Below, piece after piece: positions 6,013 through 15,710 of a stretch of 30,111 nt of DNA (position 1 is its first letter; every line of letters starts with the position of its first letter). The stretch covers positions 1-30,111 of IMG/VR virus record IMGVR_UViG_3300020258_000027, one strand, 5' to 3'. This DNA is from a virus. Its lineage: Duplodnaviria > Caudoviricetes. A program made the translations under genes and the position numbers. The notes beneath the pieces were generated by a model. That model saw nothing but the letters and a program-made list of their open reading frames with translations. It was not told where the DNA came from and did not search any database.

Positions 6013-6150
6013 TCAAGAAAACATAGTATATTTAAATTTCATATAATAGTATTGAATTAAATCCGAAATATTAGTAGGACCTAGTTTTAAAAGCATCCAG
6101 TCTTTATGTTTTAATTTAGGATCTGCAAATGCTTTCAACTTCCAAGTCAT
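6013..6150 (-). CDS. Small hypothetical protein (45 aa)
   Basis: MTWKLKAFADPKLKHKDWMLLKLGPTNISDLIQYYYMKFKYTMFS*. ATGA-coupled to the nrdB stop and fills the gap. Confidence 0.7.
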   Translation of the reverse strand: MTWKLKAFADPKLKHKDWMLLKLGPTNISDLIQYYYMKFKYTMFS

Positions 6151-7361
6151 AATTGGAATCCACTGACATCAATATCATCTTGCTTGTATCCACCCATAAG
6201 ATAAGATTCAATTTCAGTTTCTTGAGGAGCAACTTGCATACCCTTAGATGAAATCCAACGTTCTGTCCATGGAAGTGGATTATTTTTAGCAGGAATATCA
6301 TACTCAGGGGTTAAACCAATTGCCTTCATACGACGATTTGCAATCCACTCAATATAATTATTGAGAAGTCTGTCAGTCAAACCAATCATTGATCCATCTT
6401 TAAACAAATACTTTGCCCATGCTTTTTCTTCATTGACACATCGTTTAAACATTTCTCTCACAAATGGTTGTTCCTCTTTAACAATTTCTGCAAATTCTGG
6501 ATCATCACCATCCCTCCATTTGTTGAGGATGTTTTGAGTAATGACAAGATGCTGATTTTCGTCTCTTGCGATGAGAGAGATAATTTTAGCGGATCCTTCC
6601 ATAACTTTGAGTTCACCAAAAGCAAACGAGCAAGCGAACGAGACATAGAATCTGATACCTTCGAGGATGTTGACATTAGCAATTGCTCTATACAATTTAC
6701 GCTTTAGTTCCCTACGTTCATATTGTCCAGCAGTATGACCTTCAATTGCCAACTCCCACATTGAACCGTTATCATATTGATGAGCAGCATTTAAGAAGTC
6801 ATCATATGCTTCTGTTACCGAAGCAGAACGAGAAAGAATATTCTTATCGGAAAGGATTGTATCATATACAACTGAAGCATCAGGATACAGATTATCAATA
6901 ATATATTGATAGGAACGACTATGAATCATTTCAAAAAATCCCCATGCTTCCATACATGCCTCAAGTTCTGGGAGAGAACAGTAAGGAATAAAAGCAAGTC
7001 CAGGACCACGACCTTGAATAGAATCAAGAGTAATTTGATACTTTAAATTTGAAGTAAAGATGTGCTTCTGAGGATCAGTAAGTTTTAAATAATCATTTCT
7101 ATCTTTTTGAAGGGAGACCTCTTGGGGTCTCCAGAAATAACCAAGTTGTTGATCAGTAAGTTTCTCAAAAACAGGATACTTAAAACTATCATATCTCTGG
7201 ACACCTAGTGGTTTTCCAAAAAACATTGGTTGTGTTTTTCTATCAATAACTTCTGTATTGAATACTGTTATACCTTCTACTGTAGTAACTGGATCTCTAT
7301 CACAGATATCAGCAGATCTTATTCTTCTATCTTGCTCAGAGTTTACAAGCTTCACAGTCAT
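6147..7361 (-). CDS. nrdB: Ribonucleotide reductase class Ia beta subunit
   Basis: FWRPQEV, LDSIQGRG, EMIHSRSY, LEGIRFYVSF, IARDENQH, APQETE. Exact start uncertain. Confidence 0.98.
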   Translation of the reverse strand: MTVKLVNSEQDRRIRSADICDRDPVTTVEGITVFNTEVIDRKTQPMFFGKPLGVQRYDSFKYPVFEKLTDQQLGYFWRPQEVSLQKDRNDYLKLTDPQKHIFTSNLKYQITLDSIQGRGPGLAFIPYCSLPELEACMEAWGFFEMIHSRSYQYIIDNLYPDASVVYDTILSDKNILSRSASVTEAYDDFLNAAHQYDNGSMWELAIEGHTAGQYERRELKRKLYRAIANVNILEGIRFYVSFACSFAFGELKVMEGSAKIISLIARDENQHLVITQNILNKWRDGDDPEFAEIVKEEQPFVREMFKRCVNEEKAWAKYLFKDGSMIGLTDRLLNNYIEWIANRRMKAIGLTPEYDIPAKNNPLPWTERWISSKGMQVAPQETEIESYLMGGYKQDDIDVSGFQL

Positions 7362-9654
7362 CTTCCTCCGTATGGTTTAATTTTGTTATAGATTGAGAGA
7401 TAATATCGTTATATTCCTGCTCTGCGTCTGCATCTTTCTTTCTATCATAAGTATTGTGATAGTAAGAAGTCTTCCAACCATACTTATATGTATTGAGAAG
7501 ATCTTTGACAATTACAGAAATAGGGACTTTATTGTCTGGATAGTTTTCTGGATTATAACTCCAGTTACCAGAAATTGCTTGGTCAAAAAACTTCTGCATT
7601 ACAGCAACAAGTTTAATATAACCCTCATTACTCTCCATATCCCATAGAAGAGTATAGTTATTTTTCAAAGTAGCATACTGTGGGACAATTTGCTTCAAAA
7701 CACCTTTCTTTGATACCTTGTATGACAAGAATCCTCTAGGTGGTTCAATTCCATTTGTCTCATTAGACACGACAGAACTACTCTCTGATGGCATTTGTGC
7801 GGTCAGTGTTGAGTTCCGTAGACCATGTTCTAGGATAGATGATCTAAGACTTTCCCAATCATACATATATTCCGGTGCTACTAAATTATCTACATCGCTC
7901 TTATATGTATCAATGGGAAGAATTCCATCTGAATACTTTGTACGATGAAAAGCATCGCATGCTCCCTTCTCCTTTGCTAATTGGTTAGATGATTTTAATA
8001 GGAAATACTGAAGAGATTCTGATAGTTGGTGAACAGCAACCAAAGATTCGTCACTACCATAGGTTAAAGATTGTTTTGCTAACCAATGAGCAAGACCAAT
8101 AAAACCAATTCCAAGAGACCTACGTGCCTTTGTAGCACGTTCTGCTGCCTTGACAGGATATTCTTGATAGTCAATCAATTCATCGAGCATACGAACGCTT
8201 AAATCACATAGTTCTTCCATGTCAGAAAACTGTTTAAGTTTTCCAACATTAATAGCAGCAAGAACACAAAGAGCAATTTCTCCACCATCATCATCAAAAT
8301 GCTGAATAGGATCAGTAGGTAAAGTAATTTCTTGACAGAGATTACTCATATAAACTTGATCCTTAAATGAAGAATGAGTATTACAATGATCCACATTCAT
8401 AATATAAAGACGACCAGTTTCAGATCTTTCCTTCACAATATCTAAAAGAAGTTGATGAGCACTGAGAGTCTTCTTTGGAACGCTTTCATCTTGTTCATAA
8501 TGACGATATAGATCATCAAACGAGTCAGACCCAAAAGCATCATAAAGACCTGGAACATCGTGAGGTGAGAATAGGGTGATGTCTCCATTGGAGATAAATC
8601 TTTCATAAAAGATTTTACTAAGTTGAATAGAGTAATCTAGTCCACGAACCCTATTATCCTGAGTTCCTTTATTATTTTTTAAAACAATGATGTCTTCTAT
8701 TTCTTGGTGCCAGAAGGGGAAGTGTACCGTTGCTGATCCACCTCGGATGCCATTTTGAGTACAACTTTTGACAGTTGCTTCAAACATTTTGAGGAATGGG
8801 ACAACCCCTGTGTGTATAACTTCTCCCCCGTTGATTTTACTGTTGATTCCACGGCATCTGCCCATGTTAATCCCGATTCCAGCACGTTGGACAACATATG
8901 AAAAAATAGCACTGTTGCTGTGAGGGATAGAATGCTTGGTGTCATCGACATCAACAAGAACGCAGCTAGCATACTGCTTAAGTCTTGTTCTGACACCCGC
9001 CATGATTGGCGTTGGGATGTTGATTTTGTGCTTTGAGAGTGCGTCATACAATCTTTTTACATAGGACATTCTAACTCTCTTATCATAATTTGAAAAGCAC
9101 ACAAGAGAAATTGTCATATACATTAACTGAGGAGTCTCATAGAGAGTTCCAGAGTCTCTGTCCTGTACAAGATATTTATCTACAACCTGCTGTAATCCGG
9201 AATAAGTAAACAGAAAATCTCTATCATAATCAATCCATTCTCCTGCTGCAGTAATCTCATCTTCACTATAATTCTTAAGAATTAAGGGATCATATGTTTT
9301 TAATTCACGAACGTTCTTACAAATATGATCATATAAAGAATACTTATCCCATTGAATATTATTTTGCTGAGACCACTGCTTACGAATACTATAAATCAAC
9401 AATCTTGCAGCAACATATTGATAGTTATACTCTTCAGGTGTAATAAGGTCATGAGCAGATTTGATAAGAATGGTTTGAATTTCTTCTGTCGTAATTCCAT
9501 CAAAAAATTGAATACCAGAATTAACCTCTACTTGACTTGCAGAGACTCCAGCAAGACCTTCACAAGAAGCATAAACCATCTTATGCAACTTTTCAAGTTG
9601 AATAGGTTCTACGCTACCATCACGCTTTCGTACTGTATACGTTTCTTTGTTCAT
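7336..9654 (-). CDS. nrdA: Ribonucleotide reductase class Ia alpha subunit
   Basis: ATP-cone VRKRDG, PTPIMAG, SCV, SNLCQEI, TNGIEP, KTSYY, C-terminal CEAC. Start at 9654 or 9666. Confidence 0.98.
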   Translation of the reverse strand: MNKETYTVRKRDGSVEPIQLEKLHKMVYASCEGLAGVSASQVEVNSGIQFFDGITTEEIQTILIKSAHDLITPEEYNYQYVAARLLIYSIRKQWSQQNNIQWDKYSLYDHICKNVRELKTYDPLILKNYSEDEITAAGEWIDYDRDFLFTYSGLQQVVDKYLVQDRDSGTLYETPQLMYMTISLVCFSNYDKRVRMSYVKRLYDALSKHKINIPTPIMAGVRTRLKQYASCVLVDVDDTKHSIPHSNSAIFSYVVQRAGIGINMGRCRGINSKINGGEVIHTGVVPFLKMFEATVKSCTQNGIRGGSATVHFPFWHQEIEDIIVLKNNKGTQDNRVRGLDYSIQLSKIFYERFISNGDITLFSPHDVPGLYDAFGSDSFDDLYRHYEQDESVPKKTLSAHQLLLDIVKERSETGRLYIMNVDHCNTHSSFKDQVYMSNLCQEITLPTDPIQHFDDDGGEIALCVLAAINVGKLKQFSDMEELCDLSVRMLDELIDYQEYPVKAAERATKARRSLGIGFIGLAHWLAKQSLTYGSDESLVAVHQLSESLQYFLLKSSNQLAKEKGACDAFHRTKYSDGILPIDTYKSDVDNLVAPEYMYDWESLRSSILEHGLRNSTLTAQMPSESSSVVSNETNGIEPPRGFLSYKVSKKGVLKQIVPQYATLKNNYTLLWDMESNEGYIKLVAVMQKFFDQAISGNWSYNPENYPDNKVPISVIVKDLLNTYKYGWKTSYYHNTYDRKKDADAEQEYNDIISQSITKLNHTEEDDCEACKL

Positions 9655-10634
9655 ACCTTTTTCCAATTAGTAAATTTGAGATTTGCTTTTAGTCCTTGAT
9701 AAGTATTGGACTCTACGAGGGATTGGACATTATGTCCAGAAAGAACCATATCATTTAGGTCTTTCTCTTTAATTTCTTGAGGGAATATTACCACGGAATA
9801 TCCCTTTTTAATTGTTTTTTCAATCTTAGAACAGATTTCTCTGTTTCTTGGTTCATTGTCATAGATGAATACATACTTATTATTGAAACTGCTAAAGTCA
9901 ACATCGCTACCACACATAGCAATAGCGTTGACAAGGAAATGACTGTCGAATGGTCCTTCTGTGACATAAATGGTTTTGCTTTCATCTACAGTATCAAGTC
10001 CATACAATTTTGTTTTAGTGTCATCTAAAATTACAGTGATGTACCTCAATTTAGAATCTTTAGACAAAGATCTCCCCTGATACCCAAAGATACCAGATTT
10101 ATCCCGTAAAGGAATAATTATTCTAGGTTCATCGTATTTTATATCCTCAAACACCTGCTTGTGTGTGTTAGTCCATTCTTTAAAATTCGGACAATAATAG
10201 AATTTTTCAGGTGGAAGTTTTCTGTTATGGAGGAACTGATAAGATACATGTGTTTTATTTAGATCTGATACTTTTTCTAAAGTTGAAAAAATATCAGCAG
10301 ATTCAAACACTGGTGGTTCAAAGTTAAACTTATGGACTGGGATCCTAGTTCCTTTGCCACTTACTCCTTCTTTATATGCTTCTAAAGTATATTGAGCATA
10401 TAAGTCAGGATCATTATCCTTCAAAAAATTAGCAACAGTTCTTCCTATGCCACAGTTATGGCACTTGTAAATATAAGAACCTTTCTTTTGAAAGAAGTAT
10501 CCTCTTGCACGATTTAAATTCTTTTTAGAATCACCACAATAAGGGCATCTGAAATTGTAGGTAGTGTTTGTCTTTTTAAATTTTTGTAATTTGTAAGATA
10601 CCAAAGAGATGTACTTTGTATCAAGGTACAACAT
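9651..10634 (-). CDS. gp61: T4-like DNA primase
   Basis: Zn finger CPYCGDS...CHNC, YQGR, TOPRIM EGPFDS and YDNEPR, KDLND. Confidence 0.97.
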   Translation of the reverse strand: MLYLDTKYISLVSYKLQKFKKTNTTYNFRCPYCGDSKKNLNRARGYFFQKKGSYIYKCHNCGIGRTVANFLKDNDPDLYAQYTLEAYKEGVSGKGTRIPVHKFNFEPPVFESADIFSTLEKVSDLNKTHVSYQFLHNRKLPPEKFYYCPNFKEWTNTHKQVFEDIKYDEPRIIIPLRDKSGIFGYQGRSLSKDSKLRYITVILDDTKTKLYGLDTVDESKTIYVTEGPFDSHFLVNAIAMCGSDVDFSSFNNKYVFIYDNEPRNREICSKIEKTIKKGYSVVIFPQEIKEKDLNDMVLSGHNVQSLVESNTYQGLKANLKFTNWKKV

Positions 10635-11052
10635 AGGGGATAGACGTTTTTCCTACAATAGCACCACCTTCTCTAGGTGTCAAGGTCCATCCTAAAAGGG
10701 GGATCAGTTGTGCAACTGCAACAATCGTGGCGAGAACCGCACCGGCAGCAACTACGAATTTTTGATTCTCATTGACTTTACTATGAATCTTGGAAATCCT
10801 AATATCAATCTTTTCAACGTCATTTCTTTGAGTCTCTTTCAACTCCTCAAGCATTTTAACAATAAGAATGTTAGACTTCTGCCCCTCATCTAAACGATTT
10901 TCATGACGTTCAAGAAGAAGATTAGTTTGATTATTTGCTTCTGCAATTTTTTGAACTGCTGTTTCTAATTTAACCAGCATTTCTTTGGTCAAGTCTTCAT
11001 AGATTTCAAGTTTCTGTTCAACTATTTGAAGTTTACCTAACCCAAAAGCCAT
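10621..11052 (-). CDS. Coiled-coil protein with C-terminal transmembrane segment
   Basis: Heptad-like N-terminus followed by hydrophobic FVVAAGAVLATIVAVAQLIPLL. Confidence 0.8.
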   Translation of the reverse strand: MAFGLGKLQIVEQKLEIYEDLTKEMLVKLETAVQKIAEANNQTNLLLERHENRLDEGQKSNILIVKMLEELKETQRNDVEKIDIRISKIHSKVNENQKFVVAAGAVLATIVAVAQLIPLLGWTLTPREGGAIVGKTSIPYVVP

Positions 11053-11672
11053 TAGACACTACCTAAAAATAATTTAAGTTTATCAATATCTTCATAAACA
11101 AGTTCTAAAAACTTATCGCTATTTTCTTCTGAAAGTTCTAACCAAACTTTAAGTGCTTTGGTCTGCTCTTCAATAGAAAGTGTGGAAAAATCTTCATTAA
11201 GACTAGAGAAAGCACCCTGCCAATCATAAGAATTCTTTTCAGTTTTCTTATTTGACATTTTGTTAATATCCTTTGAAATGGTTTTTTGACGATCGCTCGC
11301 TTTCTTTTGATAATCCTTTGCCTTTGCTTTAGACAATGCAGCGATTTCTTGCTTTCTATTAGCAGCACGTTTTTCACGCTCTTGCTTTTTTTGAAGTTTA
11401 CGTTTCTGCTGAATCATTCTCATAGCAGAAGATACTTCTGTATTTGAATTATCCGGATTCATTTCTTGAATAACAGTTTGGTCTTCCATTGTTTCTTCTT
11501 TTATACGAGCGTTTTTAATCCTCTGAAAAATACTAGTCTTAAGATTTTTCTTCTTTTTACGAACAGGAGGTTCGTCTGGGGGTAATCCAGCAATAGCACC
11601 AGAAGAGGCACTATTAGTAGGAACTTCTTCCGTATAAACTATTCCATTATTTTTCATGGTATATACTTTCAT
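11052..11672 (-). CDS. Hypothetical Lys-rich protein (206 aa)
   Basis: ORF track; coupled to both neighbours. Confidence 0.8.
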   Translation of the reverse strand: MKVYTMKNNGIVYTEEVPTNSASSGAIAGLPPDEPPVRKKKKNLKTSIFQRIKNARIKEETMEDQTVIQEMNPDNSNTEVSSAMRMIQQKRKLQKKQEREKRAANRKQEIAALSKAKAKDYQKKASDRQKTISKDINKMSNKKTEKNSYDWQGAFSSLNEDFSTLSIEEQTKALKVWLELSEENSDKFLELVYEDIDKLKLFLGSV

Positions 11673-12034
11673 AGTTCCTGCAACCTATCTGTACAATATT
11701 TATCAATATTGATATGCTCTAAACTTGAACATGGTAAATATCGATTTAAATAAATTATAAAACTTTTTAAAATTGACCAATATTCATTTGATATTTTAAA
11801 AAATAGCAAAGGAGTTGCTGCCTCTCCAAACACATTATAAATTATAATCATGTGATTTAATATCAGATGCAGTTTTAGGTTGCCCGTTTTGACATATGTC
11901 TTGAGCAACCTTTTCAAATATTTAAACCTTTTAAGATCATCATAAAAATCCTCTTTTGTAACTGCTTGAGGATTATTGTAATTTTGAATAGCAAAAAAGA
12001 GATAATTATCCTCATTCAATTCAGTAAACTTCAT
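11669..12034 (-). CDS. Conserved T4-like phage hypothetical protein (121 aa)
   Basis: YNNPQ..EDFYDDLKRFKYLKRL..LILNH..YNVFG, recognised as a typical myovirus core hypothetical. Confidence 0.85.
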   Translation of the reverse strand: MKFTELNEDNYLFFAIQNYNNPQAVTKEDFYDDLKRFKYLKRLLKTYVKTGNLKLHLILNHMIIIYNVFGEAATPLLFFKISNEYWSILKSFIIYLNRYLPCSSLEHINIDKYCTDRLQEL

Positions 12035-12040
12035 ACATTA

Positions 12041-12607
12041 TTACGAAATAGTAAGTGTAAGATCAGTACCAGATCCACCAGCACCAATTGTCTTACCTGC
12101 AAATGCATCTTCAGCATCAACAGTAGTACCCTTATCCTTAACAGCGCCAGCGCCACCAATAGTTTGGTCAGCAATAGAAAGATCTTCTGCCTGCGAAGGA
12201 ACGGTGAAATCAAACTCAAGGCGGTTTGATCCAGTTCCACGAGCATATGTTGCGGTGATAGCACCAGTTACAGATCCAGTAACTGCAAGAGTTACAGTAC
12301 CAGTAACATCAACTTGCTCGTTATAGATAACAACAACAGTTCCAGTATCACCTTGTGCCAGTGATTCTTGCTCAAAGAATACAGCAGTAATATCTGCCTC
12401 ACCCAATTCTGCAGTTGCAGAAGTACCGCCAGCAAGACCGCCAATTGCTACAATAACTTCATCCCAAAATCTTGTACCACCTTTCTGGTGACGCAGAACC
12501 CATCCACGCTCATCAGCGAAGCAATCTGCTGGGTCATGATTTTTAGCACCACGAGTTAAGTATTTTGGTTTTGATTCATCAGTTTCGGTTTTTCCCCAGA
12601 GAGGCAT
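12041..12607 (-). CDS. Putative virion structural protein (188 aa)
   Basis: MPLWG start, Gly/Thr/Ala beta-rich C-terminus, GGAG SD, TATAAATA late box at 12655-12648. Confidence 0.75.
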   Translation of the reverse strand: MPLWGKTETDESKPKYLTRGAKNHDPADCFADERGWVLRHQKGGTRFWDEVIVAIGGLAGGTSATAELGEADITAVFFEQESLAQGDTGTVVVIYNEQVDVTGTVTLAVTGSVTGAITATYARGTGSNRLEFDFTVPSQAEDLSIADQTIGGAGAVKDKGTTVDAEDAFAGKTIGAGGSGTDLTLTIS

Positions 12608-12654
12608 TGTATTTTCTCCTAAGTTATTTAAGATTACATTATAAAGATATTTAT

Positions 12655-12680
12655 AAAAAAGGAGGGTTTACCCTCCTTTT
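12655..12680. terminator. Bidirectional intrinsic terminator
   Basis: AAAAAA-GGAGGG-TTTA-CCCTCC-TTTT. Confidence 0.85.
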
Positions 12681-12683
12681 GAA

Positions 12684-12896
12684 TTATTCTGCAGGGGTTT
12701 CTGCTCTTGTATTAATAGCAGCAGCGACAGTTTCAAGTAACTTATCATCCATATCGGTTTTAGTCAGTTTAACTGCCTTACCGAGAATAACTAAACATAT
12801 ATCTATAAGTTTTTCACCCAATTCCTCATTATCTGGAATCTTGGCGACTGCATCACTGATGATCTTCGATGCTAATGGAAGTAAAAATGATAACAT
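12684..12896 (-). CDS. Hypothetical protein (70 aa)
   Basis: ORF track; operon strand. Confidence 0.8.
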   Translation of the reverse strand: MLSFLLPLASKIISDAVAKIPDNEELGEKLIDICLVILGKAVKLTKTDMDDKLLETVAAAINTRAETPAE

Positions 12897-12924
12897 GGTC
12901 TTATAATAAGGTGCAAATTATATA

Positions 12925-14004
12925 TCAAAGATAGATCTTTTTAAGATTCTCACGGTTCTCTTTTAAGGATGAAATTACTTCTTCATTCACACCATCCTGA
13001 TACTTACGACGCTTAACTTTAGAATCTCTTTTAACTAATGCTTTCTCAGATCCAGAGTCAGGTCCACACTCACAGTTATCTTCCTTAACAGAACTCATAC
13101 CGTTCTTTACACCTTTGAGTTTCTTATTTTTATCCATCACTCCCATAGGATTATCTTCATCCATACCTTTAGTCATACTAGGCATAATGCTTACACCTTT
13201 AGCATCCTTTTCCATGAGTTCTTTTCTCCAATCAGAGAACCCTTCTTTTTTAGCAATTGCTTTTTTAATTGCCTTACGACGCTTCATCAAATACTTATCA
13301 GACTTATCATGATCCCCATCATTATCAACATCATGATCTTCTTGACCTACAGGATCTAATGCTTCTTTTGCAGTCTTTGCTGATTTCTTAAATGCATCCT
13401 TTGCTGGATAGTCTTTGTCTCCTGGTTTTGCTGGAGATTCACCACGCTTTCTCTTAGCATGAATATTTGCATAGAGACCTTTCTTCTCTTCAATAGTATT
13501 CTCTTCTGCAGTCTCATCTTCTTTGACACAGTTAGGAACTTCCTTACCGTTCTTCATTTTTGTGCCTTTTGCTTTGTAACCATCCCAGCATTTATCAGCA
13601 CCAACATTCTTACGTGCTGCTTTGAGACCTTCTTCCATAGGGTTCATCTTATCTTCTTTGATAGGTTTATCCTTATTTATACTCTTTGGTTTTGTTCCGT
13701 CATGATCCCATCCGGGAACATGATCTTTTGCAAATTTTGTGAACTGAGGAGTACCGACAAGTCGGTTATCAGAATTTGGATCTCCAGATTTATTAAATTG
13801 CTTATACTCTTTAATATCATCAATCCATGCTCTAAACATCTCACCGTCTTCAGTGACAGCAATTACATAGTTAGGTCCAGTGCGATGAACCTTACCAACT
13901 TTCTCTTCACTTAGTAAAGAAATATATTCCCCAACACTGAAAATCACCCCATGTCTAAATGAGGTGCGTTTAGCATCACTATTAAAATCTGAAAATTTCA
14001 TCAA
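12925..14004 (-). CDS. Modular, highly charged hypothetical protein (359 aa)
   Basis: Small beta-type N-domain followed by short modules (CWDGY..GTK.K.GKEVPNCV; GLYANIHAKRKRG; DPVGQED.DVDNDGD.DKSDKYL). Confidence 0.8.
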   Translation of the reverse strand: MMKFSDFNSDAKRTSFRHGVIFSVGEYISLLSEEKVGKVHRTGPNYVIAVTEDGEMFRAWIDDIKEYKQFNKSGDPNSDNRLVGTPQFTKFAKDHVPGWDHDGTKPKSINKDKPIKEDKMNPMEEGLKAARKNVGADKCWDGYKAKGTKMKNGKEVPNCVKEDETAEENTIEEKKGLYANIHAKRKRGESPAKPGDKDYPAKDAFKKSAKTAKEALDPVGQEDHDVDNDGDHDKSDKYLMKRRKAIKKAIAKKEGFSDWRKELMEKDAKGVSIMPSMTKGMDEDNPMGVMDKNKKLKGVKNGMSSVKEDNCECGPDSGSEKALVKRDSKVKRRKYQDGVNEEVISSLKENRENLKKIYL

Positions 14005-15065
14005 ATAGGTTTACTGTTCCTACCTTCTATATATGCTTTTGAAAAAATGCCTGCTCGAACACCAGCAACTCTATCGTTCCTATATTCAACTGTTCGATAT
14101 GCTTCACCTCTTCTGGCACCTAAAGTAGGATTGTACCCAGCACGTTCCAATTGAGACAATTGAGTGCTTTCTACCATTTTAGTGTTAAAAGATAAAGTAA
14201 TATTTCCAGGACTAGTTTTAGTTAATCTTGGTTCACCTTGTGCAAATAAACTAATGTTGTTTTCATTCTTTCTTCCAGGACCATAATCTTTACCAAAGAT
14301 TGCTTTGTTCTTCAATTCAGTATCCTGAATGTCACGATAATATGCAGTTCCACTGAAATCAGTAGTTTCTTTTTTTGCAATGTCTTTTCTAAATCCTACC
14401 ACTTCATCATGATCATAAATTGATTTTCCTGCTCTAGAAGATATACCAGAATACTGTTGAAAATCTTTTACTCTTCGACCATCTTTGTGGGAAATAAAGA
14501 TAACAGATTTACCTTTAGAATCAATACCTACAAAATCTGCTTTAGCGCCTGAGGGTCCAGGGACAAATCCAATGATATCTTTGTAAGTTGTAGATTTAAC
14601 TCTCAATCTTACTGCTTTCATTTCACCCAATTCTTCAAGTCTTTTATTAATTTTAGTTAAAATTTCAAATTCAATTTGAGTGTCCGGAAAACGTTTAAGT
14701 TGTTTCCAGTTATCTAAAGTTTCTAATCTTTGATTCCAATAATTTGTCTGTCTCCACTCTCTTCCTGATTTTGGTTTAATCAAAATCCTAACCATAGATT
14801 CGGCGGTCTTAATATCAATGACTTCTAAGTTAGTTTGATCACTAATTTTTAAACTAGTTGTATATCTAACTCTTTTAAATTTTAAAAGTTCTAGAATAGA
14901 GTCATGTAAGTTAGCACGAAAAGGAGTTCTAAATGTTAATTTCCTCATTCCTTTGCGTTTAGTACGAGGAGAGAGTTCTGGTTTCCCAGAGTATCTCTCC
15001 TTATAGGAAACTTTGATATTGTCTGTTAGAAACACTAACAGTTCTTCTGCAGTTATAAACTCCAT
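14001..15065 (-). CDS. Hypothetical protein, possible PD-(D/E)xK-like nuclease (354 aa)
   Basis: KADF...IFISHK...FQQYSG resembles a variant restriction-endonuclease core. CTAAATA at 15094-15088. Confidence 0.6.
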   Translation of the reverse strand: MEFITAEELLVFLTDNIKVSYKERYSGKPELSPRTKRKGMRKLTFRTPFRANLHDSILELLKFKRVRYTTSLKISDQTNLEVIDIKTAESMVRILIKPKSGREWRQTNYWNQRLETLDNWKQLKRFPDTQIEFEILTKINKRLEELGEMKAVRLRVKSTTYKDIIGFVPGPSGAKADFVGIDSKGKSVIFISHKDGRRVKDFQQYSGISSRAGKSIYDHDEVVGFRKDIAKKETTDFSGTAYYRDIQDTELKNKAIFGKDYGPGRKNENNISLFAQGEPRLTKTSPGNITLSFNTKMVESTQLSQLERAGYNPTLGARRGEAYRTVEYRNDRVAGVRAGIFSKAYIEGRNSKPI

Positions 15066-15108
15066 TGAGCATCTTACTCTACATAAATATTTAGATTAAA
15101 AAAATAAA

Positions 15109-15288
15109 TTAACTAAGTTGTTCTTGCAAAGAAACTTTAAACTTTTTCAATGCTTCATAATGAGCAATATTATTTTCATTTATCTCAATATCACCCAATT
15201 CATCTGGTATTGTTTGTTCTAATATATCTTTCAATGTAGTAGCATCACTTAAGGATAGTTGTATTGTAATAGTTTGTTCTTCTGTCAT
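15109..15288 (-). CDS. Small acidic hypothetical protein (59 aa)
   Basis: MTEEQTITIQLSLSDATTLKDILEQTIPDELGDIEINENNIAHYEALKKFKVSLQEQLS*. GGAG SD; ATGA overlap with the mazG stop. Confidence 0.75.
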   Translation of the reverse strand: MTEEQTITIQLSLSDATTLKDILEQTIPDELGDIEINENNIAHYEALKKFKVSLQEQLS

Positions 15289-15710
15289 CGGTCTCCTACC
15301 CTACGGTTTTCAGATTGATAAACATTAAATTCTCCACCAGGATAACGCTTCTCCAGTTTCTTCACATTTGTTGCAATGACTTCATCAAATGTAGTTTCCA
15401 AGGATTTGATTGCATTAGCCACATACCACATAATATCACCCAACTCCAGGATAAGATGCTCACGATTATCTTCATTCCACGGTTTTCCTTGGAAGACCAT
15501 TTTTTTAATGATTTCAAGGAACTCACCCCCCTCAGCATTAATTCCAACACCAGCAGTAAGCAATCTCTCAATATTGGCACCTTGTCGATCAAGCTCACCA
15601 ATACGGTCAGCAAAATCAACAAAGTTTGTAGAAGTATTTGAAGTAACTGCTGACACAAATTCTTCATAGCGTTCAAAATCAACTTTTTTATTCACAGGTA
15701 AATCCTCCAA
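15285..15710 (-). CDS. mazG: MazG-like NTP pyrophosphohydrolase
   Basis: AEGGEFLEIIKK, ELGDIMWY, NVKKLEKRYP. Start may be the GTG of VNKK. Confidence 0.95.
   Translation of the reverse strand: MEDLPVNKKVDFERYEEFVSAVTSNTSTNFVDFADRIGELDRQGANIERLLTAGVGINAEGGEFLEIIKKMVFQGKPWNEDNREHLILELGDIMWYVANAIKSLETTFDEVIATNVKKLEKRYPGGEFNVYQSENRRVGDR

Noticed and set aside
8700-9050. GC-richer patch in nrdA as a recombinant segment
   Set aside because: Coincides with a Gly/Ala/Arg-rich conserved core; cannot be supported without alignments.
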